From positions 1,302,001 through 1,366,000 of the forward strand of contig OZ218959.1 of the NCBI GenBank assembly GCA_965112735.1: a stretch of DNA of 64,000 bases, in the 5' to 3' direction. The DNA comes from Phaeosaccion multiseriatum. Taxonomy: Eukaryota; Protista; Ochrophyta, other classes. The notes under the pieces were generated by a model. The model saw only the letters and a program-made list of their open reading frames with translations, made no database searches and was not told the DNA's origin. Both the position numbers and the translations under genes were made by a program. This document shows, one piece after another, positions 35,201 to 47,506 of the stretch. How positions within the stretch are numbered: the stretch's first letter is position 1; every line of letters starts with the position of its first letter.

Positions 35201-35570
35201 GTCTTCCTTACCCTCTCCCCTGCCAGCCGTTTAGCAAGAACAAGACCACTTGTGCAATCACGACATGATTTTTGTTTTTTAATTTTTTTTAAATTAATAT
35301 CACGTGATTAATTTCATTTAGTACCGGGCTTTGGGAGGAGACACCCCCCCACCCCCCACCCCCCACCCGCCCTTTTGACTGTAACCATTTCGCTGCTATT
35401 CATGCGACAAAGCCACCTACCACCCCCCCCCTCTCTCTCTCTCTCCCTGTCTATCTTTCTCACTCCCGGAGGAGGGGTTGAGTGTTGCCGAGTGTGATCA
35501 GCCCACTTCCCCTCTCAGCTTGAGTTTTGCCGAGTGTGATCAGCCCACTTCCCCTCTCAGCTGTCAGCGC

Positions 35571-36344
35571 TCAGCCCACTCGCTGCACAACCGAGTTGTT
35601 CTCAATGCTTCCGATGGAGTTTCCTCTGTCCGGCATGCGAATGTACCCGGGCTGTGTCTTGGCGTAGTCCGTTCCGTCCGCCCAAATGTCCGCATAGTGC
35701 TCGGAGGCAGGAGGGTAGCCGCCACTCTTTGCCTTCTTCAGCGCCTCTTGCACCTGCGGAAAGAGGGAGGGAGAGAGGGGGGAGAGGGGAGAGGGGAGGG
35801 GGTTGGGAGGGAGAGGGGGGGTGGAGGAGGGAGGGAGGGAGGGATGGAGGGAGGAGGGGCGGGAGGAAGGGACGGAGGGACGGAAGCATAAGGGGGGGGA
35901 GAAGTCCACCCCCCCCCCCTTTCCTCCTACCCACTTACCTGCTTGCGAATGTCCTTCTCAATGCCCTTGAGCTCTGCGGTATCTGCGAGGCCATTGTCGG
36001 TGAGAAGGTTCTTTACGAACTCGATGGGGTCACGCGCCGTTCGCATCGACGCAATCTGTGGGGGGGTGGGGCAGAAGGGGGGGGGGAGGAGGGAGGAGGA
36101 AGGAGGGAGGGAGAGGCGTGCTTTGAGGTGGCCATGAAGCGAAAGACGAGAGGTGGGCCTCCCTCCTTCCCCCCCTCCCTCTCCTCCTCTCCTGTCTCCA
36201 CCGTACATAGAATCTCTTTTTCGCTCTCCTTCTCTTGGTCCTTTGACTTACACACACACACACACAGATACACATGCACACGCACATACATACACACACA
36301 CGCACAGCACATGCATGCACACACATACGAAAGTACACACACGA

Positions 36345-36381
<37 letters not shown>

Positions 36382-39300
36382 AGTACAAATACTAACCTCG
36401 TCGCGGTCGCGGTAAGTGGTGCCGGGGTCGGACATGGAGTGGCCGTGGTATCTGCGAACATTGGATAACCACCACGCGAACACCGAACGACCGACCCACC
36501 CATGCAAGTCGTACACGAGCAAGGGAACAACGTGAACAACAGCGGTGACTCGTGAGTGAGGATTCGGGGGGGGGGTGGGGGGGGCGTGGGGACGAAAACA
36601 GAACATGCTGGAGACAACAACATGCGAGAGTGAGAGGCCGAAGAAAGGAGACAGTGGACGGGTCATCTCCTCTACTCCTCACAACATGTGAGAGTGAGAG
36701 GCCGAAGAAAGAAGGCAGTGGATGGGTCATCTCCTCTCGTCTCCCCATACTGCCTCGGAACAGAAGGAACGGTTACGGAACGCTTACTTAACGCTTTCGT
36801 ATCCCCCCCCCACTCATCATGTGCCCTCTCTTCCCCTCCTCATCCTCACCCCCCGCCTCCGGCCCCCCCCCCCCCCCCCCCCATCAAATTGCTTGCCATC
36901 ACCTGCCATCCCACCACCCGCCCGCCCATCCCCCCCCCACATCTCTTTCTCCCTCTCCCTCCCTGCCTGCCTCTCTCCCTGTCTCCCGCCCCCCTTCATC
37001 CCACCCACCCCCACCACTCACCGGTATGTGTCCACCTCAATGAAAATGGGGCCATTTCCCGAGCCGCAGTACTCCTTCGCAAAGGCGAAACCCTCCCTCA
37101 CCATGAACACATTCATTCCGTCCATCTTAAAGCCCGGGATCTTGCCCCCCATGGTGTAGTAATCATTGTTACTACTCGACCTCTCCTTGCTCGTGCCCAT
37201 GCCGTACTGATTGTTCTCAACGCAGAAGATGATGGGCAGCTTCCACAGCGCCGCCATGTTGGCCGCTTCCCAGATCTGCCCCTGGTTGGCTGCTCCATCG
37301 CCGTACATGGTGAGGGCGACGGGCATGGCCTCTCCAGGGGTGGAGTAGTACTTGTTAGCAAAGGCAAGCCCTGCACCCACCGGTACTTGGGCGCCGACGA
37401 TACCTTTGTTGAAGGGAGGGAGGGAGGGAGGAGGAGGAGGAGGAGGAGGGGGAGGGGGAGGAGGAGGAGGAGGAGGAGGAGGAGGAAGGAAGAGGAGGAG
37501 GGGAGGGGGAGGAGGAGGAGGAGGAGGAGAAGGGGGAGGAGGAGGAGGAGGAGGAGGAGGAAGGAGGAGGAGAGGGAGGAGAAGGAGGAGAAGGACGAGG
37601 AGAATGGTGAGTGGGTGGGTGGGTGGGTGGATATCAAATTTACGTAAGGGTAGGTACACAGCCATGGGTATGTGGGTATGTGGTGTAAGTGTTGGTGTAG
37701 GGCGCGGGCCCCTGCCATTCATCCACTGCCATCCATCCCCTGCCATCCATCCACTGCCATCCATCCACTGCCATCCATCCATCTCTCACCTTGCCCCCCG
37801 TAGAAGTTCTCCTCTTTGCAGTAGAAGTGCATTGAGCCCCCCTTGCCGTGGGAGAGTCCGTTCTTGAAGCCGAACAGCTCCGAGAACACGCCCTCCACAT
37901 TCCCGCCCCTGTGCATCGCAATGCATCATCACATTCATGTGCAACGTAGCACAGCGCAGCAGCACATAAGAGTACATAAGAATAAGAGCACGTAAGAGGA
38001 TAGTGTATGACATCAAATCATGGCGCACATTAGAAAGATCAATGTACCAGATACTTGTGCTTCGTATCTCCTCTCCCACCCCGAGAGGGAGAGAGCGAGA
38101 GCGAGAGAGAGAGAGACGACTCGGAAAGGTATCATACCCACCCCCATCCACTGCCATCCATCCCTCTCCACCCCTGTCCATCCCCATCCACCCCCCTCTC
38201 CCCTTCCCCTCCCACTCCCCCCCTACTGTAACAAACCATATATAAACGGGAGAGTGATAGCTAAAGCTAAAGCTAAAGCTATAAGAGCGGTATCGTGCGC
38301 CTCCTTACATACTCGTGTGTGAACTACACTAGCCTAGCCAAGGCCGTACGCTATTTGCGCCCCTCCCCTCACCTGGCCAGAGCCGTGCAGTGGCACCTGT
38401 AGCTGGTGATCCAGCTGTCGCCATGGTCAAGCCCGTGTTCGATGCCCGTGGCCACGGCCTCTTGTCCGTCGTACAAGTGGCAGAACCCTCGGATGGTTCG
38501 CGCCTAAGGTGGGGGTGAAGGAAGGGATGGGATGGCAGTTGACGGGGGAGATAAGGAGAGAGGGAGGGTGCGTATGTGTGTGTGTGTGAGTGTGTGTGTG
38601 GGTGGGTGCGTCGGTGAATGCGTCGGTGGGTGTGCTGGTGCGTGTGGGTGGGTGGGTGAGTGAGATATACCTGCCTACGGGATACCTGGAGGAACGACAT
38701 GCCTCCTCCCTCCCTCCTCCCGCCCTCCCTCCCTCCCTTCGCACCTTGTACTCGGTGTCGCAGGTGATCTCCATCCTGCGCATGGTATACATCATCTTGA
38801 GGTAGTTCAACAGCTCCTCACGGTTCGTGGTCGCGTCTGTGGGCAGCGTGAGGTCCACTGTGTGTTTTGTTGGGTTGGGTTGGGTTGGCGAGGTGGCACC
38901 ATGAGGCGTCAGTGGCGCGAAGAACCAACAGGAGCAACAGGAGGAGAAGGAGGAGGGCAGGAAGGGTGAAACTGTATACTAAGAGGGGTTCTACGACGGA
39001 CTTTGGAGACGAGAATCGACATGCAGAGGGTGCATTGAATGAAGACTGCTACCGAGAGTGAGGGGCACACTTGCGTGGGTCGGGAAACAAGGTTGGGCTA
39101 CACATACGACACGTACAGTTATGCGTGTCATAGGCCTTGGAGAAGGGCACGGTGATGGACGCGTCCGAGCTCATTGCTCGCGCAGAGGCGCCTCCTCGGG
39201 CAGCTCTGTGCCCGGAGAGAGAGACGGTGCGAGGAGAGAGGAGGGTGAGATTGGGAGAGCGATGAGCACGAGGTGAAAAGGAGAGGGAAAGGCAGGGTGG

Positions 39301-40025
39301 GTGAGAAGGGTAGAAGGAAAGGGAGAGGGGGATAGAGAGAGGGACGGGGGTGGGAGAGATGGGGGCAGCCAGAAAGACAAAAGAGGGGAACGAAGGGGGG
39401 GCTTTCCCCGACTCTGTCCAACACTCTCCTTCCGCGACAACCAGTGGAACCCCCCTCCCCCCCCCCTGGCTCGCAGGCGTGGCCCCGGATGCCCACGTCT
39501 GCTTGCTGTGCCCTTGAGTTGCATGTGCATCTCACCTACTGCTGCGGGATAGACCTCCTGCCACTCTGTGAGCAGAGAACAAGGCGAGAGGGCCAAAGGA
39601 AAGACAGCAAGAGTGCACACGGGGGACAGGGGAGTAGGATGCGGGAGTCAGCGACACGCAGAGCCGCAGCGGTGACCGGGAATACCAAAATAGGGGAAGA
39701 AGAGCGAACTAAAGGGCAAAGGCCGAAGTACTCAACCAAAAAGAAAAGTGGGGGTGTGGTGACGGTCAGGGGAGGGAGAGATGGGGACGGGCCGTAGGCA
39801 GGGGGACACGAGAGGGCCACACAGACGGGAAGACTCCGGCACGCAGCCGCAGAGCAAGTTGCGTCGCGGAGAAGCGAGCCTGGCCACCATTTCCCCCTCA
39901 ACCTTTCCCTCTCCTCTCCTCCCTCCCCCTCTCGCTGCTTTCGGGTGGCCCGCCCAAGCCCTGCTGCACGCCCGCCCCCCCCTCACCCACCTTCCCAGAA
40001 CACCGCCCGCTGCTCGCCGCATCAT
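35571..40025 (-). CDS. PDHA: Mitochondrial pyruvate dehydrogenase E1 alpha subunit, 10 exons
   Basis: Spliced motifs [50 protein letters not shown] (TPP motif), [29 protein letters not shown]. Arg-rich presequence [27 protein letters not shown] is encoded by 40025-39991, 39565-39536 and 39205-39117. Confidence 0.96.
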
Positions 40026-40280
40026 GATCCTTTTGGCAGCAACCTCTGGAGTGTTGTGCTCTATTTACTTTTTATAAAATGCTCTCTCCATCCCACCCCC
40101 CCCATGCGAAAGCCCACCTCTATTTCAAAAGTAGAGCAGTTCGACTTGCTAGACAGCGAGCGGAAACGCAAACCCGAGGGGGTATGGAAATGACGCCTTC
40201 GCCGATCTTCGGGCGCTCAACATTCCCATAGCTCTATTTACAGTAGTCTCTCTCCTCTTTAACTCTCCAATCTACCTACC

Positions 40281-42392
40281 ATGAAGACCGTCATCGCCTC
40301 CGTTGCCCTCCTGGCGGGATCCGCCTCTGCCTTCAACATGGGCGCCCCGCTCTTGAGCAAGGCTGCTGTCGCCAGCCGCTCGGCAAGGTGCGTGAGTCAT
40401 GCCCGGTCATCGATTTTTTTACATGACACACTGCAGGCCCCAGCGCCGCCCTAGCGAGGGAAGGGCGTCTAGGGTGGACCTGCTTACGTATCGCACGCAG
40501 GAGCGTGTAGGTGCATTTGCAGGGAGGAGTCGTTCGTGCGTGGGATCATACATACTGGAGAGACGGCAGTCGTCATGCAAGCAAGCAGAGGAGGGGCAGA
40601 GCTCTCGAACGGCAGCTGCGGGCATTCTCTGTGTTGAGGGAGCACACTGGCGTCGGTTTGTGTCTGCAGCTGATGACCTGACCGTCCCGAAAGGGCAAGC
40701 AGTGATGTGAGCGAGAGCGAAAGGGTGTATACGCCGAAGGCAGACGCGGTGCAAAGAGGCCGAGGGAGGAGCACACATGGCACAGGTGTATCTGTGTGAT
40801 GTGTGAGGGCGTTCTAGTCAACGCGAGGTGCTTCCGAAGTTAGGTGTTACTCAGAGCTGTTGGAAGCACTAGCGATGAACCCCCCCCTCCCACATCACAC
40901 ATGCACCAGCATGGGATGCTTCTAGAGCCCACCGGGAGGACTGCTAAGTAGAGGTGCTGCCCGAGCTAGACGTGGTTGATGGCCAGAGGAGGAGGGTGGG
41001 CCCGTCGGCTTGAGAGGGATGTAATGACGATACTGTTGCGGCCCCGCCGGTGCGCGACCATTGGCATTGATTCGATGCGAGTGACAGCGGATGGAGCGCA
41101 GGATGCACTTCTGCTTGTATAAAAAGGAGGCTACTTCCCCTCTCCCATCGCGATACATGCTCTCTCAAGAGACGCTCTGACATCTGCTCCCCCTCTCCCC
41201 CTCCCCCCCTTGTCGCTGTCGCACCTATCTGTATGCTGCCCTGCCGGTGCCTTGCTTGGTCTCTTCGGACTGTATACTCTCTGAGCAGCCGTGTTAGCCC
41301 TACCATGAAGATTGGAGAGTACGCCAAGACCCTCGTTGGGTCCGACCTTGAGCTGCCCAACTTCGACCCCCTGTCCCTGAGCTTGAACAAGGACGAGACC
41401 ACTGTCAACTGGTGAGTGGCTGGGCTGGCACGAGTGTCTTCTTAAGGGAAAAAGAGATGAGGGGCGGGCTTTAGATGGATGGAGGGTTGAGTGTTACGTC
41501 GACAGGGCGACGTCGCTTGCAGGAAGATTGGTCCTTCGCTTCCTTCGTCTCTCTATGTACGAGTGGCCTTCGATGGGATGACTCGTCTTCCTGCTCGACG
41601 CCTCACTCGTTCTTCTCGTTTCGCCCCCTTGTCTTGCGTACGTCTCACTGGCCACAAGACCCCACCCCCCCAAACCGTCACTAACCACACCACCCCCCCC
41701 CCCCTCTTTCCCTGCCTTCCCTCTCCTCTTGTCACCCACGAACACCCACCACAAATGAAGGTTCCGCTCCGCCGAGCTCAAGCACGGACGAGTGGCCATG
41801 CTTGCCGCCCTCGGACAGCTCACCCAGTCCTTCTTCACCCTGCCCGACCCCGTCTTCAGCGAGTCCAACAAGCCTTGGGACGCCATGCTCAAGGTGACGG
41901 CCGAGCGACCTCTGGCTACCATGCAGATTGTCATCGCCGTGGCTGCTCTGGAGTGGTGGGCGTCGGAGAGGCAGGAGCGATCAGGAGTGCCCGGCGATCT
42001 GCTGTGGGACCCCCTTAACCTCAAGCCCACGGACCCCGAGATTTACGAGCAGGTGCAGAAGAGGGAGCTCAAGAACGGCCGCTTAGCAATGCTCGCCATC
42101 GGTAAGTCATTGATTGATCGATTTCACTCACTCGAGTGATGGGCTCGAGGCGGGATGGCAGTGTCGACTCGCGCGCTTGTGTGTGTTTGTCTGTTCGTCT
42201 CGTGATTATATGGTTGGGACAGGCCCCCACTAAATCAAGTACTTAACTTCCCCTACCCCCCCCCCGCCTTTCACTCCTAACCCTCACACAGCCGGCATGA
42301 TGTACCAGGAGCACGTCAGCGGACAGGGAGTCATTGAGATGTACCGAACGGGAAGCGTCAGCCCCTTCAACGACGGCATCGGTTACTTCTAA
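40281..42392 (+). CDS. Light-harvesting complex protein (red-lineage, Lhcr-like), 4 exons: 40281-40387, 41289-41411, 41761-42101, 42292-42392
   Basis: Bipartite presequence MKTVIASVALLAGSASAF. Motifs FDPL, WFRSAELKHGRVAMLA, PGDLLWDPLNL, ELKNGRLAMLA. Subfamily assignment is tentative. Confidence 0.95.
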
Positions 42393-43062
42393 ACTGACTG
42401 GTCCACACCCACAACTACCACCCATATACCTCCGATCACACCCGCGGCGACGCTGCACGGGCTTTTACTAAAGTAAGCCTTGCTGCGCTGAGCCGCTCAG
42501 CACCAACACCGACCGACCGTCCAGCCAACCAACGAGCGGAGCGACGCATGTTTCATTCGTTCGCCTTTTAAATAGTTCTCCTCGCAAGAGGGGGGGGGGG
42601 GAGAGGTGTGAAGACAGCGCGACAGGCTGGTGACATCCCTCGGCTCGAGCCCTTTTAATTTTAAAATAGATATAGTACTCTTTGACATCGTTGTTGTTGT
42701 TGTTGTTGTTATTGTTGTTGTTGAGTCTGTGCGGCAGCCCGGCAGCTTAGCTTATCTACGAGCCATCCTAAACGACCAACCCGCTGAGAAGATAGTGAGC
42801 GTGCCAACCGGGCCCTCGTGTGTCTCGCCTCTACCATTGTTAACGCCTCTCACACAAAGCCCAAGCACAAGTGTTTTCTCCCTACCCGCCCGGCACAAGG
42901 GGCTTTCTCAGCTACGCCGTACGTACGTGGCCGTAGGAGGGAGCGCTCTCTTTACCATCCAAAGAGCTGTACAGACAGACAGGGAGAGAGAGGAGCAGAA
43001 GATCAGTGTGGAGTAGGTTCACAAAATGCCATTTGCACGACCAAGCCCCAAGCCTAGAGTCT

Positions 43063-43153
43063 GAAGTGTCATACTAATTCATCAAGTCATGCCCGCCCGT
43101 AAAGGCCGACGATCGCAAACACGGACCAAAATAGGTCGTTAATCACCCACTTC
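43063..43153 (-). ncRNA. U18: Box C/D snoRNA, U18/SNORD18-like, copy A (in a putative 3'UTR intron of the HMG-CoA lyase gene)
   Basis: Minus strand: terminal stem GAAGTG/CACTTC, box C GTGATTA, guide TTGGTCCGTGTTT (antisense to the conserved LSU rRNA AAACACGGACCAA) followed by D' GCGA, box D ATGA. Confidence 0.8.
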
Positions 43154-43371
43154 GACTGTTCTCTTCTCCTTCTCTCCTCCCCCCGGTTCCTCGCATCCTC
43201 CCTTCCGCCTTGCCCCCAAGTGTGTCTCGCAGTACCACTTACCATGCATGTTGCGCCTTGTCCCTCGGAAGGAGTCCATGACCACCGGAGGGAGGGGAGG
43301 GACCACGAGGCATCAAGCGAGGGCTCACCCACCCACCCACAAACCCACCAACCGAGCGCGCACTCCTCGGC

Positions 43372-44809
43372 TCATCCAGCAGTCAGCATGGCCCTCGCCA
43401 CTCTGGACGCAGTGGGGCGGCCCAGAGCCTTCTCCACGAAGCGACTCGTCTCCACTAGGGCTGCCAGGTCCACACCCGTGTTCACTCCCATGCCATCTAG
43501 CATGTACACCACATCTTCGGTAGCGACGTTTCCCGAGGCGCCCTTGGCATACGGACACCCCCCCAATCCTCCCACCGCAGCATCCACGACGCCCACTCCG
43601 TGACCCAATGCCGTGAGGATGTTAGCAAGCGCCTGTCCGTATGTGTCGTGGAAGTGCACCGCAAGTTGCCGGACGTCGAAGGTCAACCGCACCGAGGACG
43701 AGGAGGAGGAGGGGGGGGATGTTGGCGGTGGTTCTGATGTATCACCAACACCCCCTCCTCCTCCTGCTCGTCCGATAAGGTGCTGTAGCAGCCTCGAGGT
43801 GGAGCCCGGCGTGCCCACTCCGATGGTGTCTCCCAAGGACACCTCATAACACCCCATGGCCAGCAGAGAGGCAGTCACCTCCGCCACGGCCTGCGGGGAC
43901 ACCTCGCCTTGGTAAGGGCAACCCAGGACGCAGGACACGTAGCCGCGGACGGGCATGCCTAGCTCACGCGCCCGAACCATGAGGGGCTCGAACCGCTCCA
44001 GGCTCTCGGCGATGCTGCAGTTGATGTTCTTTTGAGCAAAGGCCTCACTGGCGGAGGTGAAGACGGACACCTCGTCTACTTGGCTGCACACCGCTGCCTC
44101 AAAGCCCTTGAGGTTGGGCACGAGGGCCTGGTATGTCACACTGGGTTGGCGCGTGATGAGGCTCATCACCTCCGCACCGTCGGACAGCTGGGGCACCCAC
44201 TTGGGGCTAACGAAGGAGGTGGCCTCCACGGTTTGGAGCCCTACAAGGACCAAGGGCCGGGGGGATTGAGAGAGAGAGGGAGAGATAGAGAGAGAGAACG
44301 ACAGGAGGGACGGAGGGACGTACGTCAATGGGCCATGCCGTGAAGGACCAAGGGGAAGGGGAAAGCCACTCACTAGGGAGGTAGGGAAAGGCTGGCTAAG
44401 GTGTCATTCTATTTTCTCAAGTCATGCCTGCCCGTAAAGGCCGACGATCGCAAACACGGACCAAATAGGTCGTTAATCATCCACCTAAGCCACGCCGCTT
44501 TTCATTGATATTCTCCTCTCGTTACTTGCCTGACTGTGACAAGCGGTCGATGAGCTCCACCTTGTCCCTTGTCGTCATCGCGACCTCGTTCTGCAGCCCA
44601 TCTCGCGGCCCCACCTCCACGATACGGACGTGAGGGGGGAGGATAGGGCCAGAGGCATGGAGCAGCCGCTGCTGGTGCTGGTGCTGCTTCTGCTGGTATG
44701 CTAGCCTCTCGTATCCACCAGTCCGGCGCAGCGAGGGCCAACGCACAGAGCGCCGGGCTGCCTTGGTGGCGGCAGCGGTAGCCACGGGCCACAGTAGGCC
44801 CCCTTTCAT
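43372..44809 (-). CDS. HMGCL: Hydroxymethylglutaryl-CoA lyase (mitochondrial), 2 coding exons: 44809-44530, 44240-43372
   Basis: Motifs IVEVGPRDGLQNE, ATSFVSPKWVPQL, VSLGDTIGVGTPG, HFHDTYGQALAN, GLGGCPYAKGASGNVATED. Frame continuity requires a GC-AG intron (CAG|GCAAGT at 44529). Confidence 0.96.
44393..44492 (-). ncRNA. U18: Box C/D snoRNA, U18/SNORD18-like, copy B (in GC-AG intron 1 of the HMG-CoA lyase gene)
   Basis: Minus strand: terminal stem TGGCTTAGGTG/CACCTTAGCCA (10 of 11 bp), box C ATGATTA, same 13-nt guide plus D' GCGA, box D ATGA. Confidence 0.82.
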
Positions 44810-45020
44810 ATCCTCACATTACAATCCACGGCGCCGTGAAGAGCATCTGAGAAGAGAAGAAGAGAAGTTCTCCTCCTGCGACCCAGCGCACCCTCCCCTC
44901 GGGATCATGCAAATGGCGAGTCTTGGAGACACAAGACAACAGCTTCGCTGCTAATCTGCTTTCTTTCATTCGTTCTTTTGTTCTAAAGCGGCGGAGAGAA
45001 GGAAAGAAGGTTAGGTGGAT

Positions 45021-46337
45021 ATGTCTACTGAGCCTCGGCCAGATACGGATGGGGCAGAAGCAGAGGAAGAGGAGGAGGTACGGAAAGACCACGTGCGAGT
45101 CACCTCGGAGGCGCTGAGTCTGGGGCAGCTCGTAGAGGTAGTGTCTACGCCATTGGCGGGGGCCATCTCCACCTTCAGTGGGGTCACACGCAACCACCAC
45201 AACGGCAAGAAGGTGGTGCGGTTGGAGTACGAGGGCTACGACTCCATGGCTGAGAAGGAGCTGCGGGGCATCTGCAGACAGGCCAGGGACAAGTGGGACT
45301 TGCTGCACGTGGCTGTGGAGCACAAGCTCGGCGTCACGGCCGTAGAGGAGGCCAGTGTCATCATCGCAGTGTCGTCTGTGCACCGCAAGTGAGTTTGCCG
45401 TCCCCCTTGTTCAATCTTGCCGTCCCTCCTATCAGTGTGCTGCCTGCCTCTCCAACTTCTGCTGCCGGCTTCCCCAGTACGCTGCTTTGTAACAGACACC
45501 ACTCCGCTCGTGCTCTTCCCCCCTTTCCTTCCCTTCACTCCTCGCTCCGCCCCGTCAGGGAGGGGCTGGAGGCCACCCAGTTTATAATAGACACTCTCAA
45601 GGCTGTCGTGCCCATCTGGAAGCTCGAGGTAAAGCGCACGCACGGCACACACAGATTCCATACCTCTCGACGGGTTTTTTTTACCTTAATTGCATTGATT
45701 GTTCGAGGAGCTCGCTCAGCGGTAGGCTTGTCTGCCTTGCCGTCGTTCTCTCTCCAACGCGGGATAGATGGGGAAAGACGGAACGGAGCCTCTCGAGTGC
45801 AAGACAGTGTATGAGACGGATGGGCCTTACTTATCCTTACTTATCTATATCCAGTGTATGGGACGGATGGGCCTTACTTATCTATATCCAGTGCCGAGAT
45901 GGTGCTCAGCAGACGAGTTTGATACTTCGCTCTGAGTCTTATGTGTGTGTGTGTGTGTGTGTGTGTGACGTGACATGGCGCACGAGAGCGCAGAATACAT
46001 ACATCCTGCAACCTCTTCCCCTAGGAACCGGCAAGGAACCGGCATCAGTAAAGAAGGAAGGAAGAACGCCCACTCCAGGGCCCGAAAGAAATGCCCTCTC
46101 CTCCCCCCCCCATCTCTCTTCTGAGTTGATCATTTGGAGCGCTCCTCCTCCTCCTCCTCCTCCACCACCACCACCTCAACTTTTTGTCGTTGTCTGCTCT
46201 GTCCGTAGGTCTACGAGGGCGACAGTCGCGTTTGGAAGGAGAACGCTGAGTGGCAACCGGGCCAGCTCAAAACATGCTGCTCTCGGCGGATGGTACCGGT
46301 AGAGCCACCACAACCGCCAACCACGACAACATCGTGA
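45021..46337 (+). CDS. MOCS2B: Molybdopterin synthase catalytic subunit (MoaE/MOCS2B/Cnx6), 3 exons: 45021-45388, 45559-45628, 46209-46337
   Basis: Motifs AGAISTFSGVTRN, LEYEGYDSMA, HKLG...EASVIIAVSSVHRKEGLEA, IDTLKAVVPIWKLEVYEGDSRVWKENAE. Confidence 0.93.
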
Positions 46338-46915
46338 TGCATGATCAGAGCCTCTATGCTTGTCGGTGGAAGGTGGTGCAGCGAGAGAGGGAGCGGCAGA
46401 GGGCAGAGGGGAGGGGGGAGGAGGTGGAGGAGGGGCAGGCTGATGCTACGGGCGACAAGTGAAGGGGAGGGTTTGTTGTGATATCTCCCTTCTGGAGACT
46501 AGTGGCGTACTTGCACGGGTTGTGGGAAAGCGTAAAGGAGGGATCGGAAATGTACCGGCGATATAGAGATCGATATCCAGTGTCGACATCGATTTATCTC
46601 AACAGGGTTTCCTTTGCCCCCACCATAGACAATTATTCAGCTCAGGTCATTTCATTCTTTCATTTACTGAATTAATTGATGTAATTGAATAAAACCATAA
46701 GCAGTGAGTCAAGTAATAAGCACCAAAAGGTTGTGGGAACAGCTCGGTGATACAGTGTGGTCGCTTTCGGGTACAATGTGCCGCTGGGTCAGACTCTCTG
46801 CTCTCTGACTCCCTCTTGTACGTAGGGAGGGCGGTCCATATGCCCTTGCACGCACAAATACATTTACACATACATACGCATACGCATATACATACACACA
46901 TACATACATACACAC

Positions 46916-46995
<80 letters not shown>

Positions 46996-47342
46996 ACACA
47001 AACACACGCCTGGGCTTTGTGTGTCCTCTGCTACAGTGGACACACACAGGGTCACAATTTCTTCAGGCCATGACGTATGTGCCCTTACGTAAGCACCTCT
47101 CCCCCCTCAACATTGGATAGGGCCCCTCTCTGTGTAGCTGGGGGGGCTGATCGGTCTCTCTCGAAGCCCCCCCCTGCACCCCCCGACTCCCTCCCCCACT
47201 CGGTCCTTCCCCCCTAACTCTCTCGCTCCCTCCCCCTTCAAAAGCACTCACCAAGGCTTTGTTGGGTGAAACCTCCGCATTTCGCACTCCCCCCTTCCCT
47301 CCACACCCCTCGTCAGACCTCCTCCTCCTCCTCCTACTCCTC

Positions 47343-47408
<66 letters not shown>

Positions 47409-47506
47409 ATCTTCTTCTACTGCTTCTACTTACTAGTACTACTACTACAACAACAACTACTACTGCTACTACTATAAGTGGTCCTCCTCCTTGTGCTTCT
47501 CTTCTC

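Noticed and set aside
40670-40706. CTGATGA...GAAA as a hammerhead ribozyme in the LHC intron (also CTGATGA at 50579)
   Set aside because: No stem II closes between CTGATGA and GAAA (CCC-GAAA-GGG is just a tetraloop hairpin), and no stem I/III with a cleavage triplet is found.
42459-42475. GGCTTTTACTAAAG resembling U5 snRNA loop 1
   Set aside because: The loop is not GCCTTTTAC, and there is no closing stem or Sm site. It lies in the LHC 3'UTR.
44907-44954. Upstream ORF as MOCS2A (bicistronic MOCS2 as in animals)
   Set aside because: Only 15 codons (MQMASLGDTRQQLRC), no ubiquitin-like fold and no C-terminal Gly-Gly.
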